A stretch of 64,000 bases of DNA from Octopus vulgaris (GCA_951406725.2 OX597816.1:72230001-72294000); one strand, 5' to 3'. Positions 42,834 through 56,678 are shown, numbered from the stretch's first letter. A program made the numbers and translations. Notes: generated by a model from the sequence alone, not told the origin.

Positions 42834-43580
42834 CATACGTATATATACATACATATATACATACATATATATACGTATATACACATATACATACATATAT
42901 ACACATATACATACATATATATACACATATACATACATATATACATACATATATATACATATATACATACATATATATACATATATACATACATATATAT
43001 ACATATATACATACATATATATACATACGTATACATACATATATATACATACGTATACATACATATATACATACGTATACATACATATATATACATACGT
43101 ATACATACATATATATAGACATACGTATATATACATATATATATACATACGTATACATACATATATATACATACGTATACATATATACATATATATGTAT
43201 ACATATATATACATACATATATATACATATATACATATATATACATACATACATATATACACATACGTATACATATATACATATATATGTATACATATAT
43301 ACATATATATATATACATATATATATATACATATATATGTATACATATATATACACATATATATATATACATACATATATACACATACATATATACACAT
43401 ACATATATACACATACATATATACACATACATATATACACATACATATATATATATACATATATATATATATGTATACATATATATACACATATATACAT
43501 ATATATACACATATATATACATATATATACATACATACATACATATATATACACACATATTCCTACACATACACACGCAT
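41815..43580. repeat. 1.8-kb low-complexity (TA/CA) tract
   Basis: ATATAC/ATAC variants throughout; source of the 550-590 aa pseudo-ORFs. Confidence 0.98.
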
Positions 43581-44134
43581 ACAAACATTGTATTTCTTCC
43601 ACTCAGACATCGGACTGAGTTCACGACGGGCCACCGTTTTCACAAGTTTCCTTGATTAAATCGATACAAATAACTCATTTGAATTCTTATAATTATTCTA
43701 TCGATTCTATTTTATTGAACCGCAATGTTATCCCTTATTTTCCCTCCCTACTTTCTCTCTCTCTCTCTCTCTCTGTGTTTTCATACATCGACGCACATAC
43801 ATATGAAAGTTTTTTACGCAATAAAGAACTGAAAGCCAATTTGTAGAATCTAACACCTTTATGGGAAAACTGGATTACCCATCGATTTCTATGAAACAGC
43901 CAATTTCACCGTCTCTTGAGACAATCGGGTAACGTCATTAAAACCACCGACATCCAATGATTTGTAAGAAAATAATGTAGACGATACACGCACAACACAC
44001 ACGCACAAGCCACACACGTATATGTGTGTATGTATATATGTGTGTGTTTATGTATGTGTTTATATGTATACATGTGTCTATGTATGTATAAATGTATATA
44101 TATATATATATAGATATGCTTATTTTTGTATGCA

Positions 44135-44165
<31 letters not shown>

Positions 44166-44202
44166 GCCTATTTATATATGCACATATGTACTTATATATA
44201 TA

Positions 44203-44242
<40 letters not shown>

Positions 44243-44705
44243 TATATGTACTTATATATATATATGTGCGTATGTATACATGCAAGCAAGGAAGCGTTCA
44301 ACTGAAGGCACTTATCTGCATTTTCCGTCCATTATTTTCCCCTCCAATCATAACATAATATCATAGGATTAACGCAACAGACGACATATAAGGCTTCCAT
44401 ATGATTCTTAAGCCATATAATTCGTATAAACACGTGTAAACGACGTTATCGTCCATTTTCTTCCCTCCCAACTCACTCACTTATCTCCCCTTGTGGCATT
44501 TATCGGCTACAAAACGTCGGGCGAGCAGCCAATATTTTAAGCAAGAGAGATCATTTAATTCGTGTTTACCTTGTGCGTTTAGTCCTTTCTTCGTTCGGTT
44601 GCTGTTCTGTTTAGTCTCGTTTTTATTGCATTGAGTTTATTTATTTATTGTTTATAGTTGATATTTTCTTTTTGTTTTGCCTCTCCATGTATGTATACAC
44701 GCATT

Positions 44706-44736
<31 letters not shown>

Positions 44737-45036
44737 CACACACATACATACACATGCGCGTATATAAACTCATTGCAAATATAAAAACACATATATAAAC
44801 AAACGTGTATATGCACTCATTGTTGACAGAGGATCTGTTTCATATACACTTACACATATGTATATGTGTATAAATACATACATGCATACATGTGTGTGTG
44901 TATAAATGCATATATATATATTTATATATACGCATATGTATATATATACATGTATGTATAAATACACACATTATATGCACGTGTATAAATACATATATAT
45001 ACACATATGTATTAATACACACACACATTATATATA

Positions 45037-45079
<43 letters not shown>

Positions 45080-47063
45080 CGCCTCATAAAATTGCGAACC
45101 GGGGAGCCCTACCATCTAGCGACGGGGAGCGACGTATAATGTGTGTATAAATACACACACACACACACGCATATATGTATATATACACATATACACACAC
45201 ATAAACACTACGCTACACATACATATATATTAGTCATTTTTCTGTTCCCACTATATAATTACAATGAGCGATTTTAAGTAAGAGGGGGAGATTTAAAGCA
45301 GACACTCAGCGGCAATAACAATAAACCACTGAAGCAGGAGTTAATGATTTTAGCTGAGCAAATTCCAAATGGCTGTAAGACGAGGCTAACCGGGACGGTT
45401 GAACATTACATAGGAAATGTGCTAAGTAGATAGGCAGGTAGGTAAAAATAAGTCGCGAGGTGGCGTTGCTGGCAATGATATGATCTCTATCAACTAGAAT
45501 GACTACCTTTATATTGCTCTCTCTCTCTCTTATCGACATTCCGGTTTCCGCTTTCTTCTTCCTTGTTCCCGTCTCTTCTATTCTTCTCCATCTCGCTTCT
45601 TCTCCATCATTAACCTTCTTCCACTTTTTTTCTCCAGAACCAATGGGTGGGTTTATTATTGGTCTAATGACCCTACCGAGATACAAAATTTGTTTCAGCA
45701 TATGAATTTATTTCAAGAATCTCGCAAACAAACTACGAAAACGAAATATTCTGAAATATTCTCGCCGTTTCTCCACTTCTCTTTGTGCCACCAACACGCT
45801 GAAAGAACATTGTTCTGCAACCTCAAGATTATAATAACCATCGATAGCTTCACATTATAAAAGAATGCATCAGCTCCAGAGTGTATAGCAACTCCATCAG
45901 TTCAGCAGTAATAAAACGCAAACTCGCTAGATATAAAATTGGAAATTTTAAACTTGGAGACATACAGACATCTGAAGCAAACCTGTGTAGCGTGTAGCCA
46001 TTTTAAAATAATAGCGCCAATTTGTGGTAGCTGGCAATATGACTTAATCCGTTTGTCTGTCTTTGTTTGTCCTTGTTTTTCCATTAGTTAATATAACTGC
46101 TCATATAGGAATTCTAAGAATTAGTTAAAGAATATTTGTATGTGATTTCGATTCTTTAAAGTCAAGTTGAGCAGTTATAAAACCCCTGGATTTGGGGAAA
46201 AACTTCAGTGTTTGTTGGATGTAACTAAACTCCACGACACTCACTCCTTTGAGACATTGGTTATTTTTTATGCCATGTCCAAGAAAAATCCGACAAGTCT
46301 TGTTTGAATTGCTGAGATTTAATATAGCTAGAATGAGAAATTAGTTAAAATACATAGTCGTAATTCTCTACGATAAAATTTATCTAGTATAAGAAAAACT
46401 GGGTAGTCCGCTATACCTGGATCGGAAAAAGCATGTCGTTGATGAGGCCTCGATTGGCGACGAAAAGACTTTGATAATACCAGCTTATTGATTGTTCGAC
46501 TAAACGAGTAAACAAGATAACAATTAGTTGATGTTAACAAACCGACTAATAATAAAAGAAGGGAAGTAGAACCGTGCGTGTGTGCTTAACTTATTATTGA
46601 CGTAATGACCGTCCCGAGATATAACAAACTACTCTTCTTTATTCTTTCTCTTGTTCTTCTTCACAACTACTGAAATAACTATCTTCTCCAAGCAGTAAAA
46701 AAGAAAAAAAGGAACTAAAAAGGAATTTTTATTATTCTTTGTTAAGGAAATGAACTCATAGACTCAGCATTTTGAAGGCAGGGGTACTGAAATATAAGGA
46801 AACGTTAAATGAATCTGAACTGTTTCATGTTGTAAAGTATGGTAACACTCGTAAGAAGTTGGTCCGACGACAGATCAAGATCTTTACCCTTATAAATTAA
46901 AGCTTTCTGATTTACAAACAAACCAGTTGGCCAATGCTTAACTTGGGTTTCTCTAAGGTCCAGCAAAAGAGAAGCCACTCATTGTTGGCTTTTCTGGCCA
47001 GAGGAGATGATATATATCACCGAAAGCCAATAAAACATTCTTAGGTTTAATATTACTGTTGCT

Positions 47064-47265
47064 AAGGCGGCGAGCTGGCAGAATCGTTAGCACGCCGGTC
47101 GAAATGTTTAGCGGTATTTCATCTGTCTTTAAGTTCTGAGTTCAAATTCCGCCGAGGTCGACTTTGCCTTTCATCATTTCAGGGTCAATAAATTAAGTAC
47201 CAGTTGCATACTGGGGTCAATCTAATCGACTAGCCCCCTCCCCTAAAATTTAGAGTAGAAAGGAA
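47064..47265 (+). mobile_element. Family B SINE (tail type 2)
   Basis: AAGGCGGCGAGCTGGCAGAATCG..CCCCTCCCTAAAATTT. Confidence 0.9.
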
Positions 47266-47803
47266 TATTGGTGATGTTGCTTCTATCAGCGTATCTTTAT
47301 CACATCATTGGGCTTTCTTAGAGCTAGATGTACTCACTCCTAGAGCTTAATATCATTTTGATCAGATAAAATATTTATATTGGTTTGTATATTGTTATAA
47401 CATCTCTAGTTATACTGAAAGTGGTACGCGAAACTCGGAGTAACAATGATATAAATATCTCAAACAATTATCTTTAGTTCTACTTTATGTATCGAGTGTA
47501 TTCCACGTGTGTGTGTGTGTGTGTGCAGGACCATTGGCAATAACAGGATTTTCGATCCGGTGTGGGGGAGGAGGAAACAGGCGCTAAAACATGCAAGTAT
47601 CTGCGTTATGTAGCAGAGTAAACCAGTTATTGTGTAATCTTTAGGCCAGTGACTTAGTATAAACGGAGATATACTTGCATAGCAAGTGAGTTGATCTGAG
47701 ATCGTGTGCTAGAACGAAAACAATTGCAGCGTGGAAGGTGTTTACAAGCCATTTAAGAAACACACAAAAACCGTTAGATTCACTTCAACTTTTATAAGGG
47801 TAA

Positions 47804-47854
47804 TTTACCAAAATATTTTCGTCACTTTGAGACCGCGACCTGTTCACTGACAAA
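47804..47854 (-). ncRNA. Type I hammerhead fold with G3-C8 core swap, in a probable Penelope-like terminal fragment (~47660-47860)
   Basis: TTTGTCA-GTGAACA-G-GTCGC-ggtctcaaa-GTGAC-GAAA-ATAT-TT-TGGTAAA. Confidence 0.65.
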
Positions 47855-49191
47855 ATTCCGTATAAACGATTGCAATGAAATGGACTGTGTTAAAAGCACC
47901 AAACGGCCAGATGGTAGAGTTAAATCAGACAGAATACCTAGCCGTTTCTCTACTTCATTCTATGTTTCTCTACTTCATTCTATGCTTATCTATCTATCTA
48001 TCTATATGTCTGTCTGTCGCATTGCTGATTTACTTGACCTTTCATCAAAAAACAAACGTATCCGAAAGAAAGCAACAAAACCAATGGAAAAAAAATTACC
48101 AAATACATTAAAAAATCCCCGTCCGTCTTATGACAGTTGTTGCTCTGAACTTATATTAAATCCCAGCGGAGTTTTGTCTTTCCTTTTTGAAATCTATTTT
48201 TCTGTATTCTCAATAGGATAGAGACACTAATTTATCATTTGTAATGACAACGGGTGTCAGGCTGACAGCAACAAGTCGAGCGCTCTTAAAACAAAGTATT
48301 TAAATAATAGAAAGAAGGAACCGAATTGTCACACTTTAAGAGTCAAAAAGAATATATCGACAAGTCCCGATCGGTGAGTTATAAAAATAATTATGGTTAA
48401 TGATAAAATAGATCAGTGTGTGTGTATATATATATATATGTAAACAGATATCATAGAGCCAATAAAGGTTAAAGAATGAAGCTTGGATCTTATCTATTTG
48501 GCTGCTACCTTTCAAACTCTTCGATTTTGTCCCAATTGATTTCATATTTGGTGTGTTGATGTAGATTTGTATGGTAATTATTGACATGAAATTCCTTTTA
48601 CCTTAAATCAATATATAAAGGGTTGATAGCTTTTCGACTTTGAAAATTTTGGGTAATTTTAGCCAATCGAAAACCAAAGACGAAAAATCATGTGTGTTTG
48701 CAAATTGATATTTTACGCTAAACTACGTGTTTCGAACTGGACTATAGTTTGATTTTTTAAATAAATATTTTGATAAGTCTGATATTTTGATAAATATTTA
48801 ATATCTTTACTATTTTTTCCTCATTAAATGCATGTGGAATGCTTAAAACTACAAAATATGTGTTTATACTTTTTTTGGTAATTTTTCGCTTATTAAATGC
48901 TTAAAGCACGAGTTATGGGGTGGTCGTGAGATGTGCTAAAATTAACAGCTAAATAGGCCCCAAATCACACGCCAAAAGTTTAGTTTTTTTCATAATCGTA
49001 TGAATAATTTTTAATATTAACATTATTTACATTTGACGGATAATGTAAATAATGTACATAATTCCTCATCACTTAAATATTGAACTGTATTTTTTTTATT
49101 ATGTTTAAAAAACAAAATATTTGAACTATTCTCAGTGCATTTTCAACTTCTATTTTTCCTATATTTCTACCCGTGTGGAATAGAATAACTG

Positions 49192-49228
<37 letters not shown>

Positions 49229-49595
49229 CTAGCACTATGACCCAGCAATGCCGGGTCATAGTGCTAGTGCATGCATATACAGCTGCGTGCGTACACACAC
49301 ACACACACGCGAGAACTGTCCAAATCTCCGACCAATCACATACAGCTAGCTGGCATTCAATTGGCGTATCAAGTTTCGGGCATTTTGATTGGATTTTGGA
49401 TAGAAAATTCACAAAAAGATCACTTCTATTGATTTTTTTAATGGCTTTGCAGGGAGACTGGGAAAATGTAAAGATGTGCACGACCACCCTTGGAACAGTT
49501 TTGAATGACCATAGAAAGTGCAAGCCCTCTAACTGAAAAATTGTGGATTTGTATAAAGGACACACACAGACAAACATTTTGCCGTTTATATATAT
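49229..49595 (-). mobile_element. Non-autonomous Helitron with palindromic 3' terminus
   Basis: CTAGCACTATGACCC-AGCAATGCC-GGGTCATAGTGCTAG; other end GCCGTTTATATATA resembles the 62449 copy. Confidence 0.8.
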
Positions 49596-49596
49596 A

Positions 49597-50443
49597 CTAG
49601 CAGAATTGCCCGGCGTTGCTCGGGGCTGAATTGCTTGAAAGTACTGTTAATGATTGCACTGAATTATGATGATTATTCAGGCAAATATTGATATAAGTTT
49701 ACGCTGGGAGATAAGGACTTAACGATCAAACGTGTGCCATTGCATTGTTTTGGGGGAACCAAATTTCTGATGAGCATTATAGGGGCACCAACTTTAAGCT
49801 TGAGAAAGTGTGGTGTTAGTCCGGGGTGCTCAAAGGAATTGAGTACCTCTATTGGATAGTTGATGACGTCCTGTGGGTCAGGAGTTGTATTGATAGACTG
49901 ATATACATAGACTTCCCCAGGAATGAGTTTTAGCATTTCATCATTAATATGGTGAACAGTTTTATTCCTCGGGGCCAGTATAGCCTTTTGGCCAATCCAA
50001 TCCATATTCTGATAATTAGCTTGTAGATCTTGGAACACTGCATCTCTGAGATCAGAAGGCGTCTTAACAATAGTACAAATGGAATCGATGGCAATATTGC
50101 CATTTTCATCCCCTGGTATTTTGCCTTCGCCAAGTGCAAGGAGAGTGTGAGGAAATGCTGCTGATGTGATATTACGTCGCATATGAGCACGCATATTGGT
50201 GTGAAGTTTGAGAGTTACTTCCCTTTATTAAAAAAAATATGCATTAAAATGAGAGAAAATGATGGTAAATTATTTGTAAAATCGTAGACTCATCGTAGAC
50301 GCGCGCTAATACCCAGAAGGGCTCGATATGAATCACAACTATTAGATACTCGGTTTTGGTTAAACTGCATCGCAAAATGTGGGAGTAGTTAGGAATCTAA
50401 ATCGGATTAGACAGACACACAACCTTTCTTTTATATATAAAGA
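49597..50443 (-). mobile_element. Internally deleted Helitron carrying a helicase fragment
   Basis: 5' TCTTTATATATAAAAG at 50443, 3' hairpin plus CTAG at 49597. Confidence 0.9.
49673..50218 (-). pseudogene. Helitron RepHel PIF1-family helicase fragment
   Basis: LKLHTNMR, KAILAPRN, YPIEVLNS, LKLKVGAPIMLIRNL, CNGTRL motifs in one open frame. Confidence 0.95.
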
Positions 50444-50779
50444 TTTTCGTCCGTCCTAAAAAACTTTGTGCGGAGTGAATGGTTACCTCTATGGAAATAT
50501 ATACACACACATTATACATACATGTGTGTATAGATGGATATATAAATACATTTAAATATCTATATACACTTTTGGGCGATCTTTCTGCTACTTGGATATA
50601 CTTTAGATCTTATATTCGTCCAATTCGTCCTAAATAACTTTGTATGGAGTTAATGGTTACCTCTATGGAAATATATACACACACATTATACATACATGTG
50701 AGTGTCTATATACACTTTTGGGCGACTGCTACTTAGAGATAACTTTAGATGTTAGGTGATCTAGCAAAACGGATGACCA

Positions 50780-53700
50780 GTTTGACTTGCTCATCCCTGT
50801 CACACACTCACACACACGCACACACAGACGCACACACACACACACTCACACACACGTTAGCTTACAATTTTATTTATATATTTGCGTGTCTATGTGTGTA
50901 AAGAGGAAGTGGGAGTAATATGCAGAGTGAAATGGTAAAATATTGAGTTTTCTCGAATTTTTTCTGAAATGGGGGTGAAATTGAAAGAAATTTTGTATGC
51001 CATGACCGAATGGAAGTACTTTGAAAAATCATAGGTAAACTCTAATTGAAGAAATTCTGTTTTTAGTAAATCGTTATCTATTTATTTGTTTCTGTTTGCT
51101 GTGTTGTTTTTTTTTTAGTAGTGGTTTAAGGTACACTTCTCTCGATTTATATAAATACTTTCATTTTAATCGTTGCACACTTGCAAAGAGAAAGGAGGAG
51201 AAATTAGGGTGATAGCATCAGTGAAGCAGTTCGCTCCGTTTGTGTGTGTGTGCGTGTGCTGTAGCCCACACTAAGAAAAGCACTTGACTTACACACCACA
51301 ATGTGAGTTTTCTCTAAATTTTGCTTAATTGGGGTTGAAATTTGAAAAATTGGACCTGGCACGACCCGATGCATTCTACTCTTAAAAATGCTAGGTAAAT
51401 TGTAATTGAAGAAATCCTATATTGTAGATTTCTATAAGAGACAAAGGGAGGCAGATAAAATCTGCCTTTTATAATAAGACGAGCAGTATCGCCCGGCGTT
51501 GCTCGGGTTGTAAGGGAAATAAATATATAAGCATTTTTAGAGAGTTATAGCAAAAAAATAGCAAAAAAATGCATTAAAAATTGAAAAAAAAATTAAGGTA
51601 ATTTTTTTTTTAAATCGTTGACACATCGTAGATATTTTTAGAGAGTTACTTCCCTTATATAAAAGCGAAAAAAATGCATTAAAATGGAAAAATATGATGG
51701 TAAATTTTTTTTAAATCGTAGACTCATGGAGACGCGCCCTAATACCCAGAAGGGCTCGATATGAATCACGACTATAAGATACCCGGTTTTGGTTAAACTG
51801 CACCGCAAAATGTGGGAGTAGTTACGAATCTAAATCGTAGGAGACAGACACACAACTTCACTCTTATATAAAGATGCTTTTTTTTTTCAGTCATAGAGTT
51901 AGATTTATGAAGGTCTTCAGTAGAAAATCCTTCGAATTCTGACTCGCTGCTTGATATAATGAAATTCGTATCCATATAGCAATTCCACCGTCCGTGTGTC
52001 TTTGCAAATGTGTTGGAATGATAAGTGAGTTGTATTTTGGCGCCTTTTTTACTAATAACAAACACACACGTGTTTGTATGTAGTTGTTTGAAACGTTTGT
52101 GTTTGCCACTCTCATATATGTATGTGTATGCGTGTGTGTGAGGAATGACACACACACACTCACGCACGCATGTACATCAATGCTTTCGGAGTGAAATGTT
52201 AAAATATTGAGTTTTCTCGAATTTTGTCTTAATTGGTGGTAAAATTGAAAGAAATTTTTTATGGCATCACCCACTGGAAGTACTCTGAAAAATCATGGGT
52301 ACACTCTAATTGAAGAAATTGTGTGAGGAGTAAATCGTTATGTATTTATTTGTTTCTGTTTGCTGTTTTTTTTATTTTTAGTAGTGGTTTAAGGTACGCT
52401 TCTCTCGTTTTATCGAATTAGTTTCACTTTAATCGCTGCAAACTTGCAAAGAGAAAGTCGCAGAAATGAGTGATAGCGTGAGTGAATGAGATCGCTCCCT
52501 TTTTGTGTGTGTGTGTGTGTGTGTGCGAGTGATGTAGCCCACATTAAGAGAAGCATTTGACTCATACACTACAATGTGTTTTCTGTAAATTTTGCTTAAT
52601 TGGGGTTGAAATTTTAAAAACTGGACCTGGCATGACCCGATGCATTCTACTCTTAAAAATGCTAGGTAAATTGTAATTGAAGAAATCCTATATTGTAGAT
52701 TTCTATAACTGACAAAGGGAGGCAGATAAAATCTGCCTTTTATAATAAGACTAGCAGTATCGCCCGGCGTTGCTCGGGTTTGTAAGGGAAATAACTATAT
52801 AAGCATTTTTAGAGATTATAGCCAAGAAATAGCAAAAAAATGCATTAAAATTGAAAAAAAAAGGGGAGGGTGTTAAATTTTTTTTAAATCGTTCTGACAC
52901 ATCGTAGATAAATTTTAGAGAGTTACTTCCCTTATTTAAAAGCGAAAAAATGCATTAAAATGGAAAATATGATGGTAAATTTTTTTAAATCGTAGACTCA
53001 TCGTAGACGCACGCTAATACCCAGAAGGGCTCGATATGAATCACGACTATAAGATACCCGGTTTTGGTTAAACTGCACCGCAAAATGTGGGAGTAGTTAG
53101 GAATCTAAATCGTAGGAGACAGACACACAACTTCACTCTTATATAAAGATGCTTTTTTTTTTTCAGTCATAGAGTTAGATTTATGAAGGTGTTCTGTATA
53201 AAATCCTTCGAATTCTGACTCGCTGCTTGATATAATGAAATTCGTATCCATTTTTTGTCAGAATTACAAATTTTGAAAACACAATAGGAACAAATTTCGG
53301 AAAAAAATCTCCCATAATTCACGGAATTAAAATTACACTTCGAGTTTTGTACAAAACTGTAGTTGAAGTGTTTACGAAGTATAATACGTGTTTTCACGAA
53401 TGTACTAAAGAGATTTGCTCTGATATTCTCATTTAAATATGAATAGGTAAATTCGGGCGGCTTGGTAACGAAAGGGTTAAACGGATGCATACATTTATTA
53501 ATCTCTTACATAAACACTGTTTCATACTGCAATTATATATACATATATCTATATATAATATTATATAATAAAATATATACAGAGTAAAATAAAAACCAAT
53601 TTACCTTTTCTGTCCGTCCGTGTGTCTTTGCAAATGTGTTGGAATGATAAGTGAGTTTAGTTTTGGCGGCTTTTTTACTAATAACAAACACACACGTGTT

Positions 53701-55420
53701 TGTATGTAGTTGTATGTGTATGTAGTTGTATGTGTATGTAGTTGTATGTAGTTGTATATGTATGTGTATGCGTGTGTGTGAGGAATGACACACACACACT
53801 CACACACGCACACATGTACATCAATGCTTTTGGAGTGATATGTTAAAATATTGAGTTTTCTCGAATTTTGTCTTAATTGGTGGTAAAATTGAAAGAAATT
53901 TTTTATGGCATCACCCACTGAAGTACTCTGAAAAATCATGGGTACACTCTAATTGAAGAAATTGTGTGAGGAGTAAATGGTTATGTATTTATTTGTTTCT
54001 GTTTGCTGTGTTTCTTTATTTTTTGAGTAGTGGTTTAAATACTTTCAGTTTAGTCTTCCTCAAATCACTCTGTCGCTATTTACTTTCATTTTATTCGTTG
54101 CACACTGTGTGTGTGCGTTTGCGTGTGCTGTAAACCAGACTAAGAAAAGCATTTGACATACACACCAGAATGTGAGTTTTCTGTAAAATTTGCTTAATTG
54201 GAGTTTAAATTTTAAAAACTGGACCTGGCATGACCCGATGCATTCTACTCTTAAAAATGCTAGGTAAATTGTAATTGAAGAAATCCTATATTGTAGATTT
54301 CTATAACTCCCAAAGGGAGGCAGATAAAATCTGCCTTTTATAATAAGACTAGCAGTATCGCCCGGCGTTGCTCGGGTTTGTAAGGGAAATAACTATATAA
54401 GCATTTTTAGAGAGTTATAGCCAAAAAATAGCAAAAAATGCATTAAAAATGGAAAAAATATGATGGTAAATTTTTTTTTAAATCGTTGACTCATCCTAGA
54501 CATTTTTAGAGAGTTACTTCCCTTATATAATAGCGAAAAAATGCATTAAAATGGAAAAAAAACGATGGTAAATTTTTTTTTAAATCGTAGACTCATGTAG
54601 ACGCTTTCTTAGCCATTTCTGTTTTGGTGTCTTCAAGCCATGAAGTCGTTGTTCTAAAAGAACACTGGTCTCCTTGACAACGCATTACGACGTTGATTTC
54701 CTTACACTCCCTTCCCCACAGGTGCAGGTGTGAGCGTGGACGCCAACTCCGCCGCCATCGACACACGAAAAATTATGCATTAAAATGGAATAAAAAATGA
54801 TGTTAAATTATTTTTAAAATCGTAGACTCATCGTAGACGCGCGCTAATATTCAGACGGGCTCGATATGAATCACGACTATAAGCTACCCGAATTTGGTTA
54901 AACTGTACCGCAAAATGTGGGAGTAGTTAGGAATCTAAATCGAAGGGGACAGACACTCACACAACTACAGTTTTATATATATAGATATACATAGCGCAGT
55001 AGTGGTGAGATATGACAGCAAAGAAAAGCATACATTCACTCTCTGCATGCAATTAGACTCGGAAAGTTCGTGAGGAACCCATTGACCCAATTTGCTGACT
55101 TTTCCGATAGCACACAGGTGTCAATGAATGGTTGAATGACCAAATCCAAGCTTCTCTGCTAGTTCCTCAACAGTTACGATGATATTTTGTTCCACCAGGG
55201 TTTTCAGGATGTCCTTGTCGAGTTCTATAGATCTTTCAGGATGAGGCTCGTCTTCTAGGCTGTAGTTTATGGCTCGGGATTTCTGGAACCACCATTGACA
55301 CTGCCTTACGCTTATTGTCCAATCCCCATATACTGCATTAATATTTCTTGTACTTTGCACACATTTATATTCTGTTATTCTTTTATATGTTTCAGCCTTG
55401 AGGTTGTGGCCATGCTGGAT

Positions 55421-55457
<37 letters not shown>

Positions 55458-56217
55458 CTGTCTGTCTGTCTGTATGTATATATGTATATGTATGTGTGTG
55501 AACAATAATATTTTCAACAGATGTGTTGCAAATGTATCTGATTGTTCTCAAGCTTCAATACTGTGTGTGTGTGTATGTGTGTGTGTGTGTATGTATGTAT
55601 GTATATGTATGTATGTATATGTATGTATGTATATGTATGTATGTGTGTGTGTATGTATGTGTGTGTGTATGTATGTGTGTGTGTATGTGTGTGTGTATGT
55701 ATGTATGTATGTATGTATGTATGTATGTATGTATGTATGTATGTATGTATGTATGTATGTATGTATGTATGTATGTATGTATGTATGTATGTATGTATGA
55801 GTGTATGTTTACTTTATTACTAATTACTCTCTTCCAAGAACATTTTCACTCACTCTTAGCTCTTAGCTTCCCATACATTTTACTCATATATCTATCATCG
55901 TCATAGACAGAATACTTTCACTTTAGTCTTCCTCAAATCACTCAGTCGCTATTTACTTTCATTTTATTCGTTGCCCACTGTGTGTGTGCGTTTGCGTGTG
56001 GTGTAAACCAGACTAAGAAAAGCATTTGACACACACACCAGAATGTGAGTTTTCTGTAAATTTTGCTTAATTGGAGTTTAAATTTTAAAAACTGGACCTG
56101 GCATGACGCAATGCATTGTACTCTTAAAAATGCAGGTAAATTGTAATTGAAGAAATCCTATATTGTAGATTTGTATAACTCCCAAAGGGAGGCAGATAAA
56201 ATCTGCCTTTTATAATA

Positions 56218-56222
<5 letters not shown>
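50780..56222 (-). mobile_element. Head-to-tail array of composite non-autonomous Helitrons (units ~51480-52750, 52751-54348, 54349-54986, plus partial units at both ends)
   Basis: Recurrent junction CTGCCTTTTATAATAAGA|CTAGCAGTATCGCCCGGCGTTGCTCGGG; colinear internal blocks; array interrupted at ~54990-55910. Confidence 0.92.
55040..55385 (-). pseudogene. Mariner transposase N-terminal relic
   Basis: TRNINAVYG..SVRQCQWWFQK..SLEDEP..TVEELAEKLG..STI then GKVSKLGQWVPHEL. Confidence 0.9.
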
Positions 56223-56253
<31 letters not shown>

Positions 56254-56269
56254 ATAATAATTTAATAAA

Positions 56270-56510
56270 TAAAACATGCATACATACATATATGTATAAA
56301 CCTACATCTATATGTATATATACATGCATATACGAGTACAGGACACAACAAATAAACGTAGAACACAACGAGAAACGAAAACATAGTAACAAAACAAGAA
56401 AACGGACTTTTTTTAACAACGAAAAAACAGAGTACAAGACAAACAACAGAGGGAACATTCTCCTTCTTCTGCTGCCCCTGTTTCGACTCATTGCATGTTT
56501 CCAGGGTAAT
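56270..56510 (-). mobile_element. Probable Penelope-like terminal fragment next to (TA)n
   Basis: Purine-rich plus strand; minus strand GAGTCGAAACAGGGGCAGC motif; family assignment by resemblance only. Confidence 0.35.
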
Positions 56511-56634
56511 AAAGATTTTAGAAATTTTTACTACCAGTTGCATAGTGTATAGAAAAATTAGTCAATAGACTATGTATTATTCATATAAAATACAGTGTAC
56601 ATTTAAACACATTAAATGTGTTTAAATGTACACT

Positions 56635-56678
<44 letters not shown>

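Noticed and set aside
41790-43659. ORFs of 340-590 aa, and the many other YI/HT/CV-rich ORFs
   Set aside because: Stop-free translations of TA/CA microsatellites, open in several frames on both strands
44305-44332. Minus-strand similarity to miR-184 (TGGACGGAAAATGCAGATAAG)
   Set aside because: No complementary star arm, so no precursor hairpin
46432-46476. TGATGA-GGCC..GGC-GAC-GAAA motif
   Set aside because: Core position 3 altered and stem III unpaired; too weak to call
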